A stretch of DNA of 54,841 bases, filler included, from Streblomastix strix (taxonomy: Eukaryota), in NCBI GenBank assembly GCA_008636045.1. It is 2 parts of 2 records of this genome, joined end to end, with 100 filler letters (N's around TTAATTAATTAA, not from the genome) between each part and the next. Parts side by side here need not be neighbours in the genome. Positions count along the whole stretch, not along the records: positions 1 to 27,412 come from SNRW01000145.1; 1 more part is not named here. The stretch is one strand, 5' to 3'. The stretch's first letter is position 1, and each line of letters begins with the position of its first letter. The notes below the pieces were generated by a model, which ran no database searches, had not been told where the DNA came from, and saw only the letters and a list, made by a program, of their open reading frames with translations. Positions 12,170-27,072 of the stretch are shown piece by piece. The position numbers were made by a program, and so were the translations under genes.

Positions 12170-14420
12170 TTTCAATTAAATTAATAATTCATTTTATTTT
12201 ATTTCTTTTTTTTTAACAATTACTTAAGTTAAATGATATTTTACATTTCTTTCATAATTTAATTAAGCTCGATCGATAGTTTAGCTGGAACTAATAAATA
12301 TAAAGAAAATTTAAATATAAGATGAGTATTAATAAAATATTACTATCAATTAGTTTTTCAATCATAGAGTAACGTTTTTTCGTGAATTCAAAAACAACTA
12401 TATTATTTCAGTAATATGCTCATAAATATTTATGCTACAATAATAATTTTGAACATAACTATGTTAAGTTATTTTATATATTAAATTTATTCGAATATTA
12501 ATACTTTAATTAAACTAGAATTTTCCAAGATATTTATAGCTATTCCCATAAAAGATTTTTGTTTCCCCCATTTTATTTTGAGATTACCAAATGGGTCGTA
12601 TGGCCTGTGTACTCCGTTGAGCTGCCGATTCCTATGGGTAAGCAATGAATAAAATGCAAAAGAAAGCGTTAAAAATTACTACATGAAGTGCCAATACTGG
12701 TTTTCTGTGACTTAATGGTTCTAGGTGAGGAGAGTTAAAATACAAAAGTACTAGGTTGATGTGAGGAGAAAAAATTAAGGGACAAAATATCCATGTCTTA
12801 GTTTAAGTTTGATGGGACGAGGAAAGAGAATTGTTCTAAATTGTAAATATGTGATGTGAAAGGATAAAAATCCTCACATTGGACGAATTATATCCTTCAT
12901 GACTTCTTATTCATAATATCTAAGTATTATCAATTCTTACATGATCAGAATTTTTTGCCAAACTTGAGACTGGAGCACTGACCAATTGTTATTCATCTTG
13001 ATCATCCTTCTTAATTTTCCATTTCTGGCCTCTTGTACTCTCGCGATCGTTCGGACTTCTTGCTTCAACGATAGGTCTGTTCAAAAATATTGGGTGGGAA
13101 AGAGGTAAAGCAAGAATCTCCTTTAGAGATAACTGTGGATCTACTCATTAATGAGATAATTATTATACATTTTCGTCAGTGACTCAAGCATAGCTCCTTT
13201 ATTTTGAAACAATTTAAGTAGCTGGTTCTGCATGTTTTTCGCCGAGATTCATTACCAGCTGTGGAGGCTATGGAATCCTATTATCACTTCACAATAGATT
13301 CATTGAATTACTCATTCATCTTTGAATCTGGTTTATGGTGCGTAAAGACATTTATTGTTCTCCCATTAAATCATTACACGGCTAATTCTATAAAAGATGC
13401 ATGTTTTATTGTACTCGCAGTCGCATTTTAAACTCTTAAAGTGCATATAGTACTTTCAAGATGAGTACTTATATATGTTTAAATCAGCTTATTCCCATTC
13501 ATTAAACCAAAATAAGTGTATGATGTTGTTTGAATCCTGTTAAAAATGTAATCTCTACTTAGCCAGTCAGATAAAAAATGTTTCAATTGGATACTCTGTT
13601 GCATAAAATATTCTCCTTAATTCATATCTTTATCTTTATCTTGATTGTTTTGGTGAGATACAGACTGAAGCTGACCTATATTTATCATCAATTATAAATA
13701 CTGATAGATCTATGTTTGCTATCTGTCTAATTTTCAAAAAATGCAATGACATCATTAATGTTGCAAGTTTAGTTTGCAATACTTCGTCTGAAAGGAGTTG
13801 ATTCTCTGGTATTATCCTCCAATGATCACATGGTTGATTAATACATGACGTACTGTAATATATCGGATTACTGATCAGAAAGTTCAAAATAGCATGTATT
13901 GTTATTCTATACGCTGCTGCGGAGACCTATTCCGTTCCAAAAATGAGAGATACAAATGTATTTAGTATTGATAAATGATTTTTTGCAGATGGTGGCTTTA
14001 TTTTCTTTGATTTTATCATTCAAATCATGAATTTAGTATGAAAAATGGTATTCTCCACTCTATAATGTCTTCTATAAAATTTATTTTATATTTCATCTTA
14101 TTATTGAAGATTTGCTATGTTTGTTTAAATTTCTTTTATAAAATAAATTTTAAACTATCAATTACTATCTGTATAGAATCTTTTGGCACGCACACCTTGT
14201 CTAGAAATTCTGTTAATCGTTAACTCCCTTAATTTATTCTTAATCAATAAGGATTGTTGCAATTTTACTGGTGGTAGCATGTCCTTCTTTCTTATCATCT
14301 CCTTCTTTGGATTTTGTATCGGATAGCTCTCTCCAATAATAAGGTATCTATTTATATCTGCTAGTAAAGATGTGAACCAACTTTTGACCTGGCCATCAAG
14401 CAGCTATTCAAATTGATGTT
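12170..14420 (-). mobile_element. Inverted, 5'-truncated copy of the adjacent DIRS element (methylase end, tyrosine recombinase, ICR, right ITR, shared flank)
   Basis: Diverged reverse complement of ~18888-21129 (e.g. TTTGACCTGGCCATCAAGCAGCTATTCAAATTGATG at ~14383 vs 18888-18923; AAGCTCGATCGATAGTTTAGCTGGAACTAA at ~12265 vs 21001-21030). Confidence 0.88.
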
Positions 14421-17229
14421 TATTTCATCTTATTGATCTTTACAAGTTCTTCATTTTCTGTTTCTTTATATCCTTCATTCATCTCACTTTCTGTAAGAAT
14501 CAGTACAGAATACTTAATGTTTCAATATTAAATTGTTTATTTATTTTATTTAAATTAATTTAAATAAAATTAATTAGTTTAATAGAATGTTCGAATTTAT
14601 TCAAATTAAATAATCATCTACTAACGATTATTATAGTACATCTCCGTCGAAGACTCTTATTTCGCCCCTTTTTTTGAGATTGCCAAAATGGGCTGTATGG
14701 TCTGAGTGCTCCGTTGAGCTGCCCATCCCTATGGATTGTCCATATGAAAAATATGAAAGCGAAATATGATACAATCCGGAAATGAGTGAGCTGTTGCACT
14801 ATTAGGGCACCTTCTCGATAGAGCTGGTGTGAATATATCACCGAACTAACCTCTGGTTGAAGATTTGTATGCGAACTGGAACGATTTTAATGTATTTGCA
14901 GGCGATCGCGAGATTATGGTGACAAACGCGGAAGCAGGACTTGCTCAAAGGATACAGCCCATGAAGGAGAATTAATATTAAATAATGATATTCTTGGAGT
15001 TGCTGATTAAATGCAACGCTTTCGCAATCGATTTTTGGGCAAACCCAATCGCCTAAGCTAAGGAACGGGACTATAAGGCGCGAACTTTGAGCGCACCAGA
15101 GGTCACAAGACAAGCAGAGGTGCCACCGCATCAGAATATGTCCATCGAAGTGAACAGCTGGATCGAAGCAAACATTCAAATTCCGTAATTTTAGATTTTA
15201 CTGCTCTTCAACCTGACGATACTGTCAATTCAACATACATTTGAAGGCATTAAAGAAACGTTGATTGACCAAGTAAGAATGTGTGCCGCACTACAGTGAT
15301 TACAGAGAGATCGACTTATATCAGAATTTAAATAAGGAAAGGTATGCAAGGTGTGTAACAGTTCGACCCGGGCTACAACGGAGTTAAGTCGTTCGCAATT
15401 CTATCTTATCGCTTAATATGAATGATGTATAGGGCTAGGGAAGTCAAGACTTAGTAAACCAGCAAGCAGGAAAATACTCCGCAACCGGACTGGGTCTAAT
15501 GCAACTAATCTCGAAACTAATAATTTTAACACAAACATAGTTAATTTAATAATTCTATGTAGGTCAATTACTACTGAACCCACAAAAATAATAACTGTTT
15601 CAAAGATTTTGCATGTATTAGAATCCATTATATTAAGGCTTTCAATAACTTCGCCTCTTTTACCAGCCCTATAGTTCTTCAAACTACAATTTATAACTAA
15701 ATAAATAACCAAGTTTAAAAGAAGGATAACAACAATTTATTCAGAATCCTATACAAGCTGGGATGTAACAAAGCTAATTGCAATCAAATCTTCTAACTCC
15801 TCCAACCCCAGCTGCAATGGATCATTTCTCATTCTAATCAAATTTTCAGAGTCAATCAGGAGAACATTAGGTACAACTACTCAATTAATTCTTCATGATT
15901 AGACCATAAGTCATGATATATCCTTATTAAAACTAATATCGGATGAAAGAGTTGTAAATAGAAGACAATTTGATTAACCAGCGAATGCTTTAACAAGAAA
16001 AATGTAATAAGATTCACAATCAATTTGGAATAAATAGAACTCTTAGATAACAGACAAAAATCATTTTACTTCAATAGACCCTCCAAAACTATCTAAAAGC
16101 ATGTTTTAACAAAAAATCAATGGATACAAAGAATTTTAGGCTCAGAAAAGTTACGCACTAAGATACATTGGACTTAAAATGGAAGGAGAACATCACAGAC
16201 TCAAATTTAAGATTATCATGCCTCTACGAAGTATAAATAAAAAGGAAATTAGAATTAGATGCAAATCATACAATCTACATAAACGTAGGATGAAATTTTG
16301 GTAGTCAAACTGGAAAATAGGAAAAAGAACTCTAAGACTGAAAGATATTGAAAGAGTTAGAATGGAACAAAAATGATGGAGATAGTAAATTTATAGACAT
16401 TTAACCAATTTAGAAGAAAAGAAAACCAAATTTGGAGAAAACATTTGAGAGATAACAAACACAAAAGTATCCAAGCCCAAACTATAAATAATATTATGTC
16501 AAAGAAATGCTTGATAGTTACTTTGTGGCACAGTTTAGTTCCATAGGTTATCTGAGACAATCAGGGATGGTTCCTGACCAGTCATACACGACTAGAAGAT
16601 CTATATCATCCTATAGTATAAGGCAAAGGGTAACTTATTCAACAAAATAGAACACACACAAGTAGGCTGCACATTGACCGAAATACAATCAAGGCACAAT
16701 TTTTATTGTTGATCAAGTGAAATTTTGTGTGAAATCATTCACGGTTTCGAAAGGAACATATCATCAATACGTTGCAGAAGATGTAGTATAAGTTTAGTAT
16801 GCCTCTGAAGATACACTCCAGATATCATAGTTTCGGCATAAATAGAAGCTGCAGGAATAAATTTAATAGAAAATTAAACAGCTTCTCGTACATATATCTG
16901 TTGCTATCCCTTTCGTGTTCTTTAAGTTTGGAAAGAAGAAGTTCAACTCCTGCCGGAAGTAAAGCCACAAGAACAAACATTTCTGTTGTAGCAAACTAAA
17001 AATTAGATCAGAACGGTAACTATCAGCGCTGACTGCAAGTGAAGAGCTCCCGGATTGCTCCAACTGATGATGAACCAATATATAATTCGGGAGGAGACTC
17101 TAACACAGAAAATATATCCTGGAATTTTAATGGAGGAAATATTTCAATCTCACTCACTTATAGGAATAGCAGGAGAACCAACTCGCTATCTATAAACTTC
17201 GAAACTTGTGAAAGAAGAGGATTTTATAC

Positions 17230-19070
17230 ATAATGGATTCATTCAAGTATTTATGGACGAGGATAGCATAAGATGATAGGAACAGAAACTGTGAATCTGT
17301 CCGTTCAAAAGAACAAGAGATGAGGAAATAAAATACATTGTGAAATTGAAAGAAGAACTGAGAGAAAACTTAATAGAACAAATACATCCAGAGTAGGCTA
17401 ATTGGTTTAATCCAACGTTTATTATTGCGAAGCCTCAGGGGAACTGGAGGAAATTCCAGAATATGATTGCTCTGAACAAGGAGATTTAAACAAGTCATTA
17501 TAAGATGAATTGAACAGACCAAGTGGGTTGTTTGATTTGGACAGATGACCTGGCAAAAAGTTTAAATCTGAAATCTGCTTTTCACCATCTAAGAGTTAAT
17601 CCACCACATGGACAATTCATGACATTCGAAACAATGAGAAAAGTATCTCAATATCGAGCAATGTCATTCGGAACATAGCACTGCTCTATCTTTTTCTCAC
17701 AAATCTTTGCAATGGTATTAGCAAAGATATGGAAAAGATCAGAAATTAGAATTTTGAATTACGTTGATTATCTTCTACTTCTATATTTAGATATAGACGG
17801 ATTGTGAATTCAAATGCAGATAATTATTAATATCCTAGAAACATTTTGATGGACAATAGCATAAGAAAAATGCGACACAGAACCGAAACAACAGATTTAT
17901 TTTCTAAAATAATTTTGAAACTTTAAGAGAATGTATCTGAAGATGATAACAGTGAAAAAATAAAAATTACTCTTCCAAACTCAAAAAGGTTATCAACTTA
18001 ACTTTGATGAAAAACACTAAATAAGATTAAATTCCTTGCACAAATTATAACAAAGTAAAACTTCTTAAGAGTCCATGTGAGAGAAGCCTCCCTCTATCTC
18101 TAACGAATAGATTCGACAAAAACAAGAACATTGAAGAATAAAGAATGCAGAGAAAATACGATATTATCTTTGCAGATACTGCAAGAACAATAATGGTGGC
18201 AAGGAATAATTTTGAGATACGAAAAAATGTCAATGGAAGTGAGAATTCCTGAAGAGATCATAGTTTCGTACATATCACCAAAGGGTTAGGAAATAACTTT
18301 GAAATTAGAAACAGGAGACACTTTAGTTCAACACGGAAAATAGAAGAATGAATAGATGAGAAGGACAAGTAATATGAAGGAAATGGAAGTCATTTTTTTA
18401 GGTCTATACTGTTATTGAGAAATCTTAAAAGTGCTGCTGATTAACGCGATCTATATCAAGTTGGAAAATTCTACAGTAGTACAATATTTTGCAAAATAGA
18501 GAGCGGGAGAATCATTAATAGTGGAAGTGAAGATGACCGTAAGACTATCTCAATAACTGAAGATTCAATCTCAGACACAACATTTAACACGAATATAAAG
18601 TAAGATAGCCGATGCTTAAAGTAGATTAAGTACAACAGGAGATTATTCAGTGAAGAAAGAGATGCTTAAAGCCATCTTTCAAGCATTGAGAATAATTCCG
18701 ACATTGTTTCAATTCGCTGCAGGGGAAAATATACTCGTGGGCAGGTTCATAGCAATAGATGGAGAAGAAGAAGATGGAGAATGGATAAATGTTTTCATGA
18801 AACTTTGTGAGAACGAGATCTTCTGGATCCAAATACTAATTCCTAAGATTGGTAAAGCTCTAATCTCTTTGAACAAATTCAAACCTACATCAATTTGAAT
18901 AGCTGCTTGATGACCAGGTCAAAGATGGTTCATGTCTTTATCAACAGATAGAAATAGATACATTATTATTGAGAATAGCTCTCTGATACTGAATCCGGGG
19001 AAGGAGATGATAAAAAATAAGGACCTGCTTCCTCCAGGAAAAACGGAGCATTCCTCATGGATTAGGAATA
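17230..19070 (+). pseudogene. DIRS pol: reverse transcriptase, RNase H and adenine-methyltransferase-like domain
   Basis: WFNPTFIIAKPQGNWRK, SLNLKSAFHHL, QYRAMSFG, ILNYVDYLLL (decayed YxDD), TSNMKEMEVI, KIADAQSRL, PTLFQFAA, EIFWIQILIPKI, PGQRWF. Several TGA stops and frameshifts. Confidence 0.88.
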
Positions 19071-20110
19071 GATTAATGAAAGTAACGATTAACAGAATTT
19101 CTTTAAAAATAGAACAAGCAAAAAGATATCAAACAGATCATTTTCGAAGGATAGAAATTAAATACATAAAAGAAATATTTTCAAACTATGGGAGTCTACG
19201 CTGATTGGATGAAAGAAAAGATTTACTTAAAGGAAGATATTATTGATAAAAAATACCATTTTTTCATTCAAAATTTATGACTTAGATGACAAAACCAAAG
19301 AAAACAAAACCGTAATCAACTAAATATCATGTATAAATACTAAATACATTGGTATCTCTCATATTTGGAACGGAATAGATCTCCGCAGCAGCGTATAGAC
19401 TCACAATGCATGCTACTTAGAACTTTCTGATCAGTAATCCGACATATTACAGTACGTCATGTATTAATCAACCATATGATCATTGGAGGAAAAGGCCAAA
19501 GAATCAACTCCTATCAGACAAAGAAATGCTAGCCAAACTTGCTTCACTATTAATGTCATTATGCTTTATGAGAAAGAAAGAAATGGCAAATATATTTTTA
19601 TAAGTTTCTATAAATGATGATAAACAAAGATCGGCTTCAGCTTATATCTCACCTAAACATTCAAGATAAATATATGACCTAAAGAGAACAGATGACGCAA
19701 TAATGCATCAAATAGATACCTTTTTTGTCTGGCTCAATATGCAGAGTGAATACTTTTAACAATGTACAAACAACTATATACCAATCTTTTGGACGAACTA
19801 GTGGGAATTAGCTGATTAAACATATATAAGTACGCATATTGAGAGTCATATTTATATTTTAGGAGTCTAGTTCGCGACTGCAAACTCAATAGTATATATA
19901 TCTACTATAGAATTAGCTGCATAATGATAAGATAAAAAAATAATAAATATCTTCAAGCAGCATAAACCAAATTCAAAAATGAATGAATAATTATATCTAT
20001 TTGCTGTGAACAGACAGCAGGATTCTATAACCTCTGCACTCATAATGAATAACAGCGAAAAGGATGTAGAACCAGCTACATGAATTGTTTCAAAATAAAG
20101 GGGAAAGCTA
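19060..20110 (+). pseudogene. DIRS tyrosine recombinase
   Basis: Lies 3' of the methylase, with KLASLLMSLCFMRKKEMANI (catalytic Arg box) and ATANSIVYISTIELAA (degenerate HxxR box). Confidence 0.75.
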
Positions 20111-21339
20111 GAGTCTACATTAGAGATGTACTATAATAATCTCCCTAATGAGATGATTTAAATTATCTACATAGTAAACTCTTGCTTGAACTCTTTCCGC
20201 ATGAATGATTTCGACCCAACCCATGGTTGAAGAAATATCTCTGAACTATCGCGAGAATACAAGAGGTCAGAAATCGCAAATGTAGAAGGACGATCATGAT
20301 GAATATCAATTGCTTAGTGCTCCAGTTTCAAGTTTGACAAAGAATTCTGATCAAGAAGGAATAGATAATGCTTAGATATTATGAATAAGAAGTCATGAAG
20401 TAGATAGTTCGTCCAATGTGAGGTTTTTTTATCCTTTCACTTCATATTTTTACAATTTAGAACAATTCTCTTTCCTCACTTCATCAAGATGAAACTAAGA
20501 CATGGAGATTTTGTTCCTTAATTTTTCCCCTCACATCAACTTGGTACCTTTATATTTTAAATCTCCTCGCCTGGAACCTTTTAAGTCACAGAAAACAAGT
20601 ATTGGCTCTTCATGTAGAAATTTTTTACGTTTTCTTTTGCATTTTTATTCATGGCTTACCCATAGGTATGGGCAGCTCGACGGAGCACACAGGCCATACG
20701 GCCCATTTGGTAATCTCAAAATAAATGGGGGAAGCAAAATCTTTTGTAGGAACAGCTTTAAATATCTTGGAAAATTCAAGTTTTATTGAAATATTAATAT
20801 TCGAATAAACTTAATATATCAATTATATTAATAATATTACGTTCAAAATTATTACTATAGCAAAAATATTTATGTGCATTATACTGAAATAATATAGTTG
20901 TTTGTGAATTCACGAAAAGACGTTACACAATGATTGAAAAACTAATTAATAGTATATTTTTAATAATATATGTTTAATATTCAAATTTTCTTAATATTTC
21001 TTAGTTCCAGCTAAACTATCAATCGAGCTTAATTAAATTATGAAAAAAATATAAAATATCACTTAACCTAAGTAATTGTCTAAAGAAAAGAAAGAAATGA
21101 AGTAAAATGAAATTTTAAATTAATTGAAAAATATAGATTTAAATTAAATAAAAGAAATATTTGATAAATATATCTACGTATTTATTAATTAACAATTAAA
21201 TGACTGTAACATTTGTTAATAATGTTCTTTTTGATATAATCGAATTTGTTGCTGAAAATGGAATATATTAACGAAAAATAAATTAATTTTTTGATAATTT
21301 TGAAAGTTCTTGTATTTTAATAGAATTAAAACTCTTAAT

Positions 21340-22489
21340 AAAGGTCAAATTTATACTGACAAAATTGAATAAGTTATTCATATACTTATATTGCTGAATA
21401 ATTGATAAGAATCTATTTAAAAATTACAAAATGATTAGATATAGATTAAAAAATGATCAAAATTTGTGTGCATATAATAGATATGAATTTATCTGATGCG
21501 TTTAATAGAATAAAAATCATAAATGATAAAAAATAAAATAAGAATTTGAAAGAAATATTTAATAAATAACTTAAAAAGGATTTAACAAGTACTGTTGCAA
21601 CAATTTATGAATTCACATTATTTTGAATATAATATAATATTATTCCAGGCAATATAATTAAATTTATAAATAATAGAAAAATTTTGTATATTCATTTAAA
21701 ATATAATAATGAAATTTTACATATATTAAGTTTCTCTTTTCAAAAACTCAGAATATATTTAATACTTAAATCAGTAGTTTTCAACTTAGTTATAGATGTA
21801 TTATTCATAATTTCAAACTTTTAAGATTATTTAATTATTAAATAAAATATTTAATATCAGACTTCTCTTCACATTATTTCATTTATTAATTAATATTGTT
21901 TAAATTTGAAATAATCTGAAAATTAAATTCAATCAAAATATATATATTCTATTTAGTTGATTTTTTCAACTATTAATTTATATCAAATTCTAATAATTTA
22001 CACCTAAAATATTAAATTTGTAACAATTACTTCAAATTTAATCTCTCCTCTCATAATCTTTTGTAATTTCAATCATAACGCATATATCAATTTCTAACAA
22101 GATTATTAATATTTCCAATTAAGAAGTAAAAGTCGATAATGCATTGACAGAGTTCAATAGAATGGAAGTTTAACAATATGTTCTTATCTTTCAAAATTAA
22201 ATTATGTTGGATCATTAACATTAATATTAAGTACAGCAAATGGACAAGGATCTAAAAACGATGAGAAAATATCAGATGCAATTTCAAAAATTATTAATTT
22301 TTTCCATTATATTCATAACATTTGTTCATAAATTGGAAGTTTAATACCAAGACTTTCATTTTCACAATAATTAGTTCTTGCTAAGTTGAGAAATGAATGA
22401 TTTGAAGATGAAGGTAAAGTGAAAGAAATAGAAGCTCTTTTTATTAAAAAATGTTTAAGATGGTTGTATCTTGGATGTGGTAAACATTG
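21340..22489 (+). pseudogene. Decayed member of a lineage-specific ARM-like helical protein family
   Basis: NYVGSLTLILSTANGQGSKNDEKISDAISKIINFF...LVLAKLRNE*FEDEGKVKEIEALF resembles, from memory, the highly amplified Streblomastix STAGG..EEQD family. Internal TGA. 5' limit is approximate. Confidence 0.5.
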
Positions 22490-22599
22490 ATAAAAGCATG
22501 ATATTGAATTTATTTTCTACATTCATGATGGAGAAAATAAAATAAATAGAATGATTTAGAAACACATATAAAGATTTTGATCAAAACATAATTCAAACA

Positions 22600-25500
22600 C
22601 TAACCATCCCTGCGTTTGTATTATGTTACAATCGTTTCGCTAATGCGAGCTTCTTGTTTATTTGGACATAATGGCGCTTAAGAGCTAGATCGTTTTTTCT
22701 GAAATGAAACTAAGTTCAAAGGACAAACAATGACCGAACAAGGAACTCATGACACGCAATAACGCCGCCTAACAAATACTGATACTAGAAAGAATACATG
22801 CGGAACTTCATGATCCGGAACAAACCAATGCGCAACTTTTATATGTGGTATTTGGTGATGATGACTTAGATCCGAGAACTGGCGATACAAAACGCAAGTA
22901 TAAAATCGTAGTCAAGAACTTATTGGATAAGAATTTTCGAAAGAACTTTATGGTGGCCTCCGAATCAATAGTCTCGAAACCTGAGAAAAAAAACTCGCAT
23001 GCAACAAATCGCCGAGATAGCCTTAGATACTATAATTAAATTAGAACCTAACTCATAGCAATCAGATTCAATTGACCCCACGGACCACATTGAATAGACG
23101 CCCAACTCAGGGAGCTCGTCGCAACAAACTTAAAGCGTCTCAAAGAAAACGTTCAAGAAAGGAAAAATCAAAACAATACAGGAGCAAATTGGGAAAAACC
23201 TGCAAGTAGATATGAGCAAATGGAAGCAGTTTAGTTACACAGATAGGGCAGGGATCAACTAAGGGGCTACAAAATACAGGTGGACCAAAAATTAAATTCC
23301 AATCAAAATATAACAATGCAAACCTTATATCAAAAAATGTGAGTAATATTGCGACGCAATAACAGCGCTTTCGGCATCATAATCAACAGAGCTGATAACT
23401 TTTGCGAAGGCATTTGAAACGAAATCGAAAGCAGACGAGTGCATACATATATTCAAACTGAGCACGATAGGGGCAAATGCAGTAACATAACTGAGGAAAG
23501 GAATCAAGCTACCATACCAGTTTAGAGTGGTTGCGAGGAATAACATGCAACCGTCAGATATAATAACGGAAAACACGATGGAAAGAATCAAAAGATATAT
23601 AGAATAAAAGAATCTTGAATACCAAGCAGCAGCGATGGCGATGCAATACGGAACATAGCACTTACCTCAACTCTTCAATCCAAACCCAATACCATACCTG
23701 GCACCATCATACTTATATAATAATACACAGCAATATTGCAACCAGCAATCAGGAGGATTTCCAAGGAGAGAGAGAGAAATTCAAGGCATATAGATAGGAT
23801 GACGGGGTCGCGGACATGGAGAGTTCCAAACTAACGATCATTCGGGCGCGTATGCCTTCCCAGAGTTTCCATATAACCCATGAAATGAAGAGGAAATGTT
23901 GTAAGACTCATCCGCATCATAGAGCCATTATGGAGAGAAAGAAGTGGTGTATGATAGTCATGAGTTGGGATGAGGCATATAAAGGTCCAGTAAAGAAAAC
24001 TAACTGAAAATTGAAGCACGATTGGTAGATTTTATTTATGTGTAGGATCAATTCGGGAAATGAATATTAATCGAAATTAGATTCGCACCAACGTTGAAAA
24101 TCTAATTAAGCCAACAAATACTTTATATGAACAACATGATGATAGAGTTCGAAGGCAACTAACAATAGATCCAACTGCTGATGCAGATCATTAATAAGGA
24201 GCTAATGGAGGGAACCTTAAGGATAATATAGGAGCAAGAGATAAAGCTATGGAACCCAACATACTTCATGCTTAAGACGAATGGTGAATGGAGAAGAATT
24301 TTGTATTATAATACGCTGAATAGGGAACTTACTACTAAACACTATAAGATAACGGATATCCGGGACACGATTTCAATGCTGAAAAAATGGGATTGGGTAT
24401 ACACATTCGATATAATATCTGCATTTAACAACATAAGGGTCAACTAACTATTGTAATTATATCTAGCTTTCCAGATACAGGGAATCAGCTACATGAAAAT
24501 GGGAATGCTATCTGAGATCAACATAGCGCTATACACATTTACGAAAACTATATAAACCCAGCAGTAGAGAGGGACGTAGAAATGCTAAAGGCAAATATAA
24601 AACTATTCAGATGACATATTACTATTTAATAGTAACAAATATCAAATACAAAAAGGAAGAAATATAGAAAATAAGAATATTCGAGGAAATGGGATGGATA
24701 ATTAATCTGAATAAGAGTTAACTGGACCCTAAGAGATAAATAACATTCCTAGAATGGAATTGGAACACAGAATCAATGACGCTTCAAACAACCAAACTAA
24801 TGAAGAATCAGATGATGGCAGCATTATTCAAAAATGCACAATTTATACAGTAACAACAGTATCAAACCGTAAGAAACGCAGCAAGGCTAATTAGACAAAT
24901 CCTATATATATAAGAATTCAATACTCTCGATGAGGTCTTCATATCACGTCCATGAATCGAGAAATGAGCAACAAAGCAAACAAGGTAGAATTGGATTGCC
25001 CGATCAAATTATCGATAAGAGCACTGATAGATGTAGATTGGTGGATAACGCAAATTAGGAACAACAAACCCAGGAATATAGAAATACATAAGACTCAAGC
25101 AATGATAACAACTGATGCATCTTTGAAGAGATAGGGAGTAACTCTGCAAATCCCGGGAGAGGAAACAGAAAGAGTATATAAACCAAGGAATATGAAAAAT
25201 CCAACATCGAACAGAAGAGAAATAACAGCGATTTTATTAACATTGAAACATTTTTAGCCAATATTGCTACACAACCATTTGTGATATGTGAAGGTAAAGA
25301 CAGATAATACAGTAGTATGCAACAGATTAATCAAAGGAAAAGCTAAAGAGTGATTGAGAAGATTAATTGATTCAATAGTCTTATATTTTGAGGAACAATA
25401 GTGGTAAGTTAAGTTCAGACATATTCCAGTAATAAATAACAAAGAAGCGGATTCTCTATCGAGGCCCGCAGTTTCGGGAGAATATTCAATAGATAAATAA

Positions 25501-26900
25501 ATGCTATGACAAGAGCTAGAGGAATAAGATGTCCAAATTACAATAGATTGCTTCGCAACGAGGAGGAATGCAAAACACCAAAGGTACTTTTCAATTGAAA
25601 GCAATGATTTAGCAGAGAACTAGTACGGAATGGAACAATCATGAGAATGCTAAACACTATTACTACATTGTCCAATCTCATTGATTTTAGCTGTCATATA
25701 AATGGTGGAACTAGAGCAGGTAAAGGGATAATAATAGCGCGAATATGCAACGGATAGATATGATGGACAGCCCAAATGCGAATCACAGTAAGCTGGAAGG
25801 AGTTAGGAGAGAGCTAAAACGTCTTTAAGGTAGGAACGTGGATGAAGCGGAACAATCAGAAATTGTCTCCTGGAGGATTGTGATTTTCTTGATAGACTGG
25901 GAGAGAAAGAAAAGCAACTAATCAATGAGTGCCTATTAAATACAAGACCTACAGGGAAATCAATATAAAAAATAATAGATGGATTGGATGGAATCTGGAA
26001 GAGACTCACCTGCTCTCTAACATTATTTGCAAAGTATTGGGATTAACAAGAAGGAACAGTTCTTCAACCATCAACACTGGAACAACCATGTCTTATAATA
26101 GCCATTTAAATTACATATCTCAAACCACTAGAGTCAGATGTGTATATAATAATATTAAGAAACTCTATTTCAACATTAATTGAACTAACAGGCAATTCAA
26201 CGAACTCCATAAGAAATAAGTAATCGAGTAACTAATGAATGAACATGTTGATAGTGTAGTAAAAGCTATAAAAGAAATAAAATATTGGAAACTGAGCCAA
26301 ATTATACAATTCATAAGTACATAAGAAACTTCAAGAGATGAAAGCAGACTAAGTTCAGATTAATTAATGAAAAAATCACTCACACTGATCATGGTCTAAA
26401 TAGTATTAAGAATCGTCGAAGTACAAAGGGCTGAGCAGTAAATCGAGAATATCAACAAAGGAGAAATTGTTGTAGCTACAATGATCATGAAGATGCAACG
26501 AGGACCAGTGGAGAAGACCTTAAAGGCTGTTCATGATATAACTGCGTGCTCATTTAGATGGATATAGAGCTGATTGGAGAAGAAAGAGGTGAAGCGAGAG
26601 TTGAAGAAAGAGTATGTTTGGAGAAATAGAAGGAATGTGAAAGTGTGGAATGTGGATAAGTGTAGTAATGGAGTCAAATAAATGTTGGAGGAAGCAGGAA
26701 ATGAATGATATAATATAACATCAATAAGAAAGGCATTAATATCAGAAATTATAAATTAAAATATGACATAAATATAAATAAACCGATGAAGTGGACGCAG
26801 TGATGCTTCGGCAACTGTTAGAAAAAAATTTTGATACAAACAACAATGATATAATACGAAATATAATGGAATTAGCAGAGAAATAACACAATCTTAATGA
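22600..26900 (+). mobile_element. Second, divergent DIRS-like retrotransposon (gag-like, RT, RNase H, methylase, YR), decayed
   Basis: RT: LWNPTYFMLKTNGEWRRIL, TFDIQSAFNNI, NYSDDILLF (~24600). RNase H: ITTDASLK, TSNRREITAI, VKTDNTVV, NKEADSLSR. Methylase: IDCFATRRNAK, LLHCPISLI. YR: VLRIVEVQRA, YNITSIRKALIS. Terminal repeats not identified. Confidence 0.85.
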
Positions 26901-27072
26901 AATTTTTGCCAATTAACATCTATATAAATATATTCAATAATATGAAATAAATTAAATACAAATACAATTAATAATCATAAAATAACTAATAAATTATTCA
27001 ACATAATTTTAATAAATACGAAATATTAAATAAATGATAATAATAAAAATATAAATAAAATAATTAAATATA

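Larger units (their letters stand above)
14615..20763 (+). mobile_element. DIRS1-like tyrosine-recombinase retrotransposon, full-length but decayed
   Basis: ITRs at ~14658-14765 and ~20628-20740, internal complementary region at ~20111-20190, and a gag-like region followed by RT, RNase H, Dam-like methylase and YR. Confidence 0.88.

Noticed and set aside
18650..18960. Stand-alone DNA methyltransferase or restriction-modification system
   Set aside because: It is the Dam-like domain normally fused after RNase H in DIRS elements.
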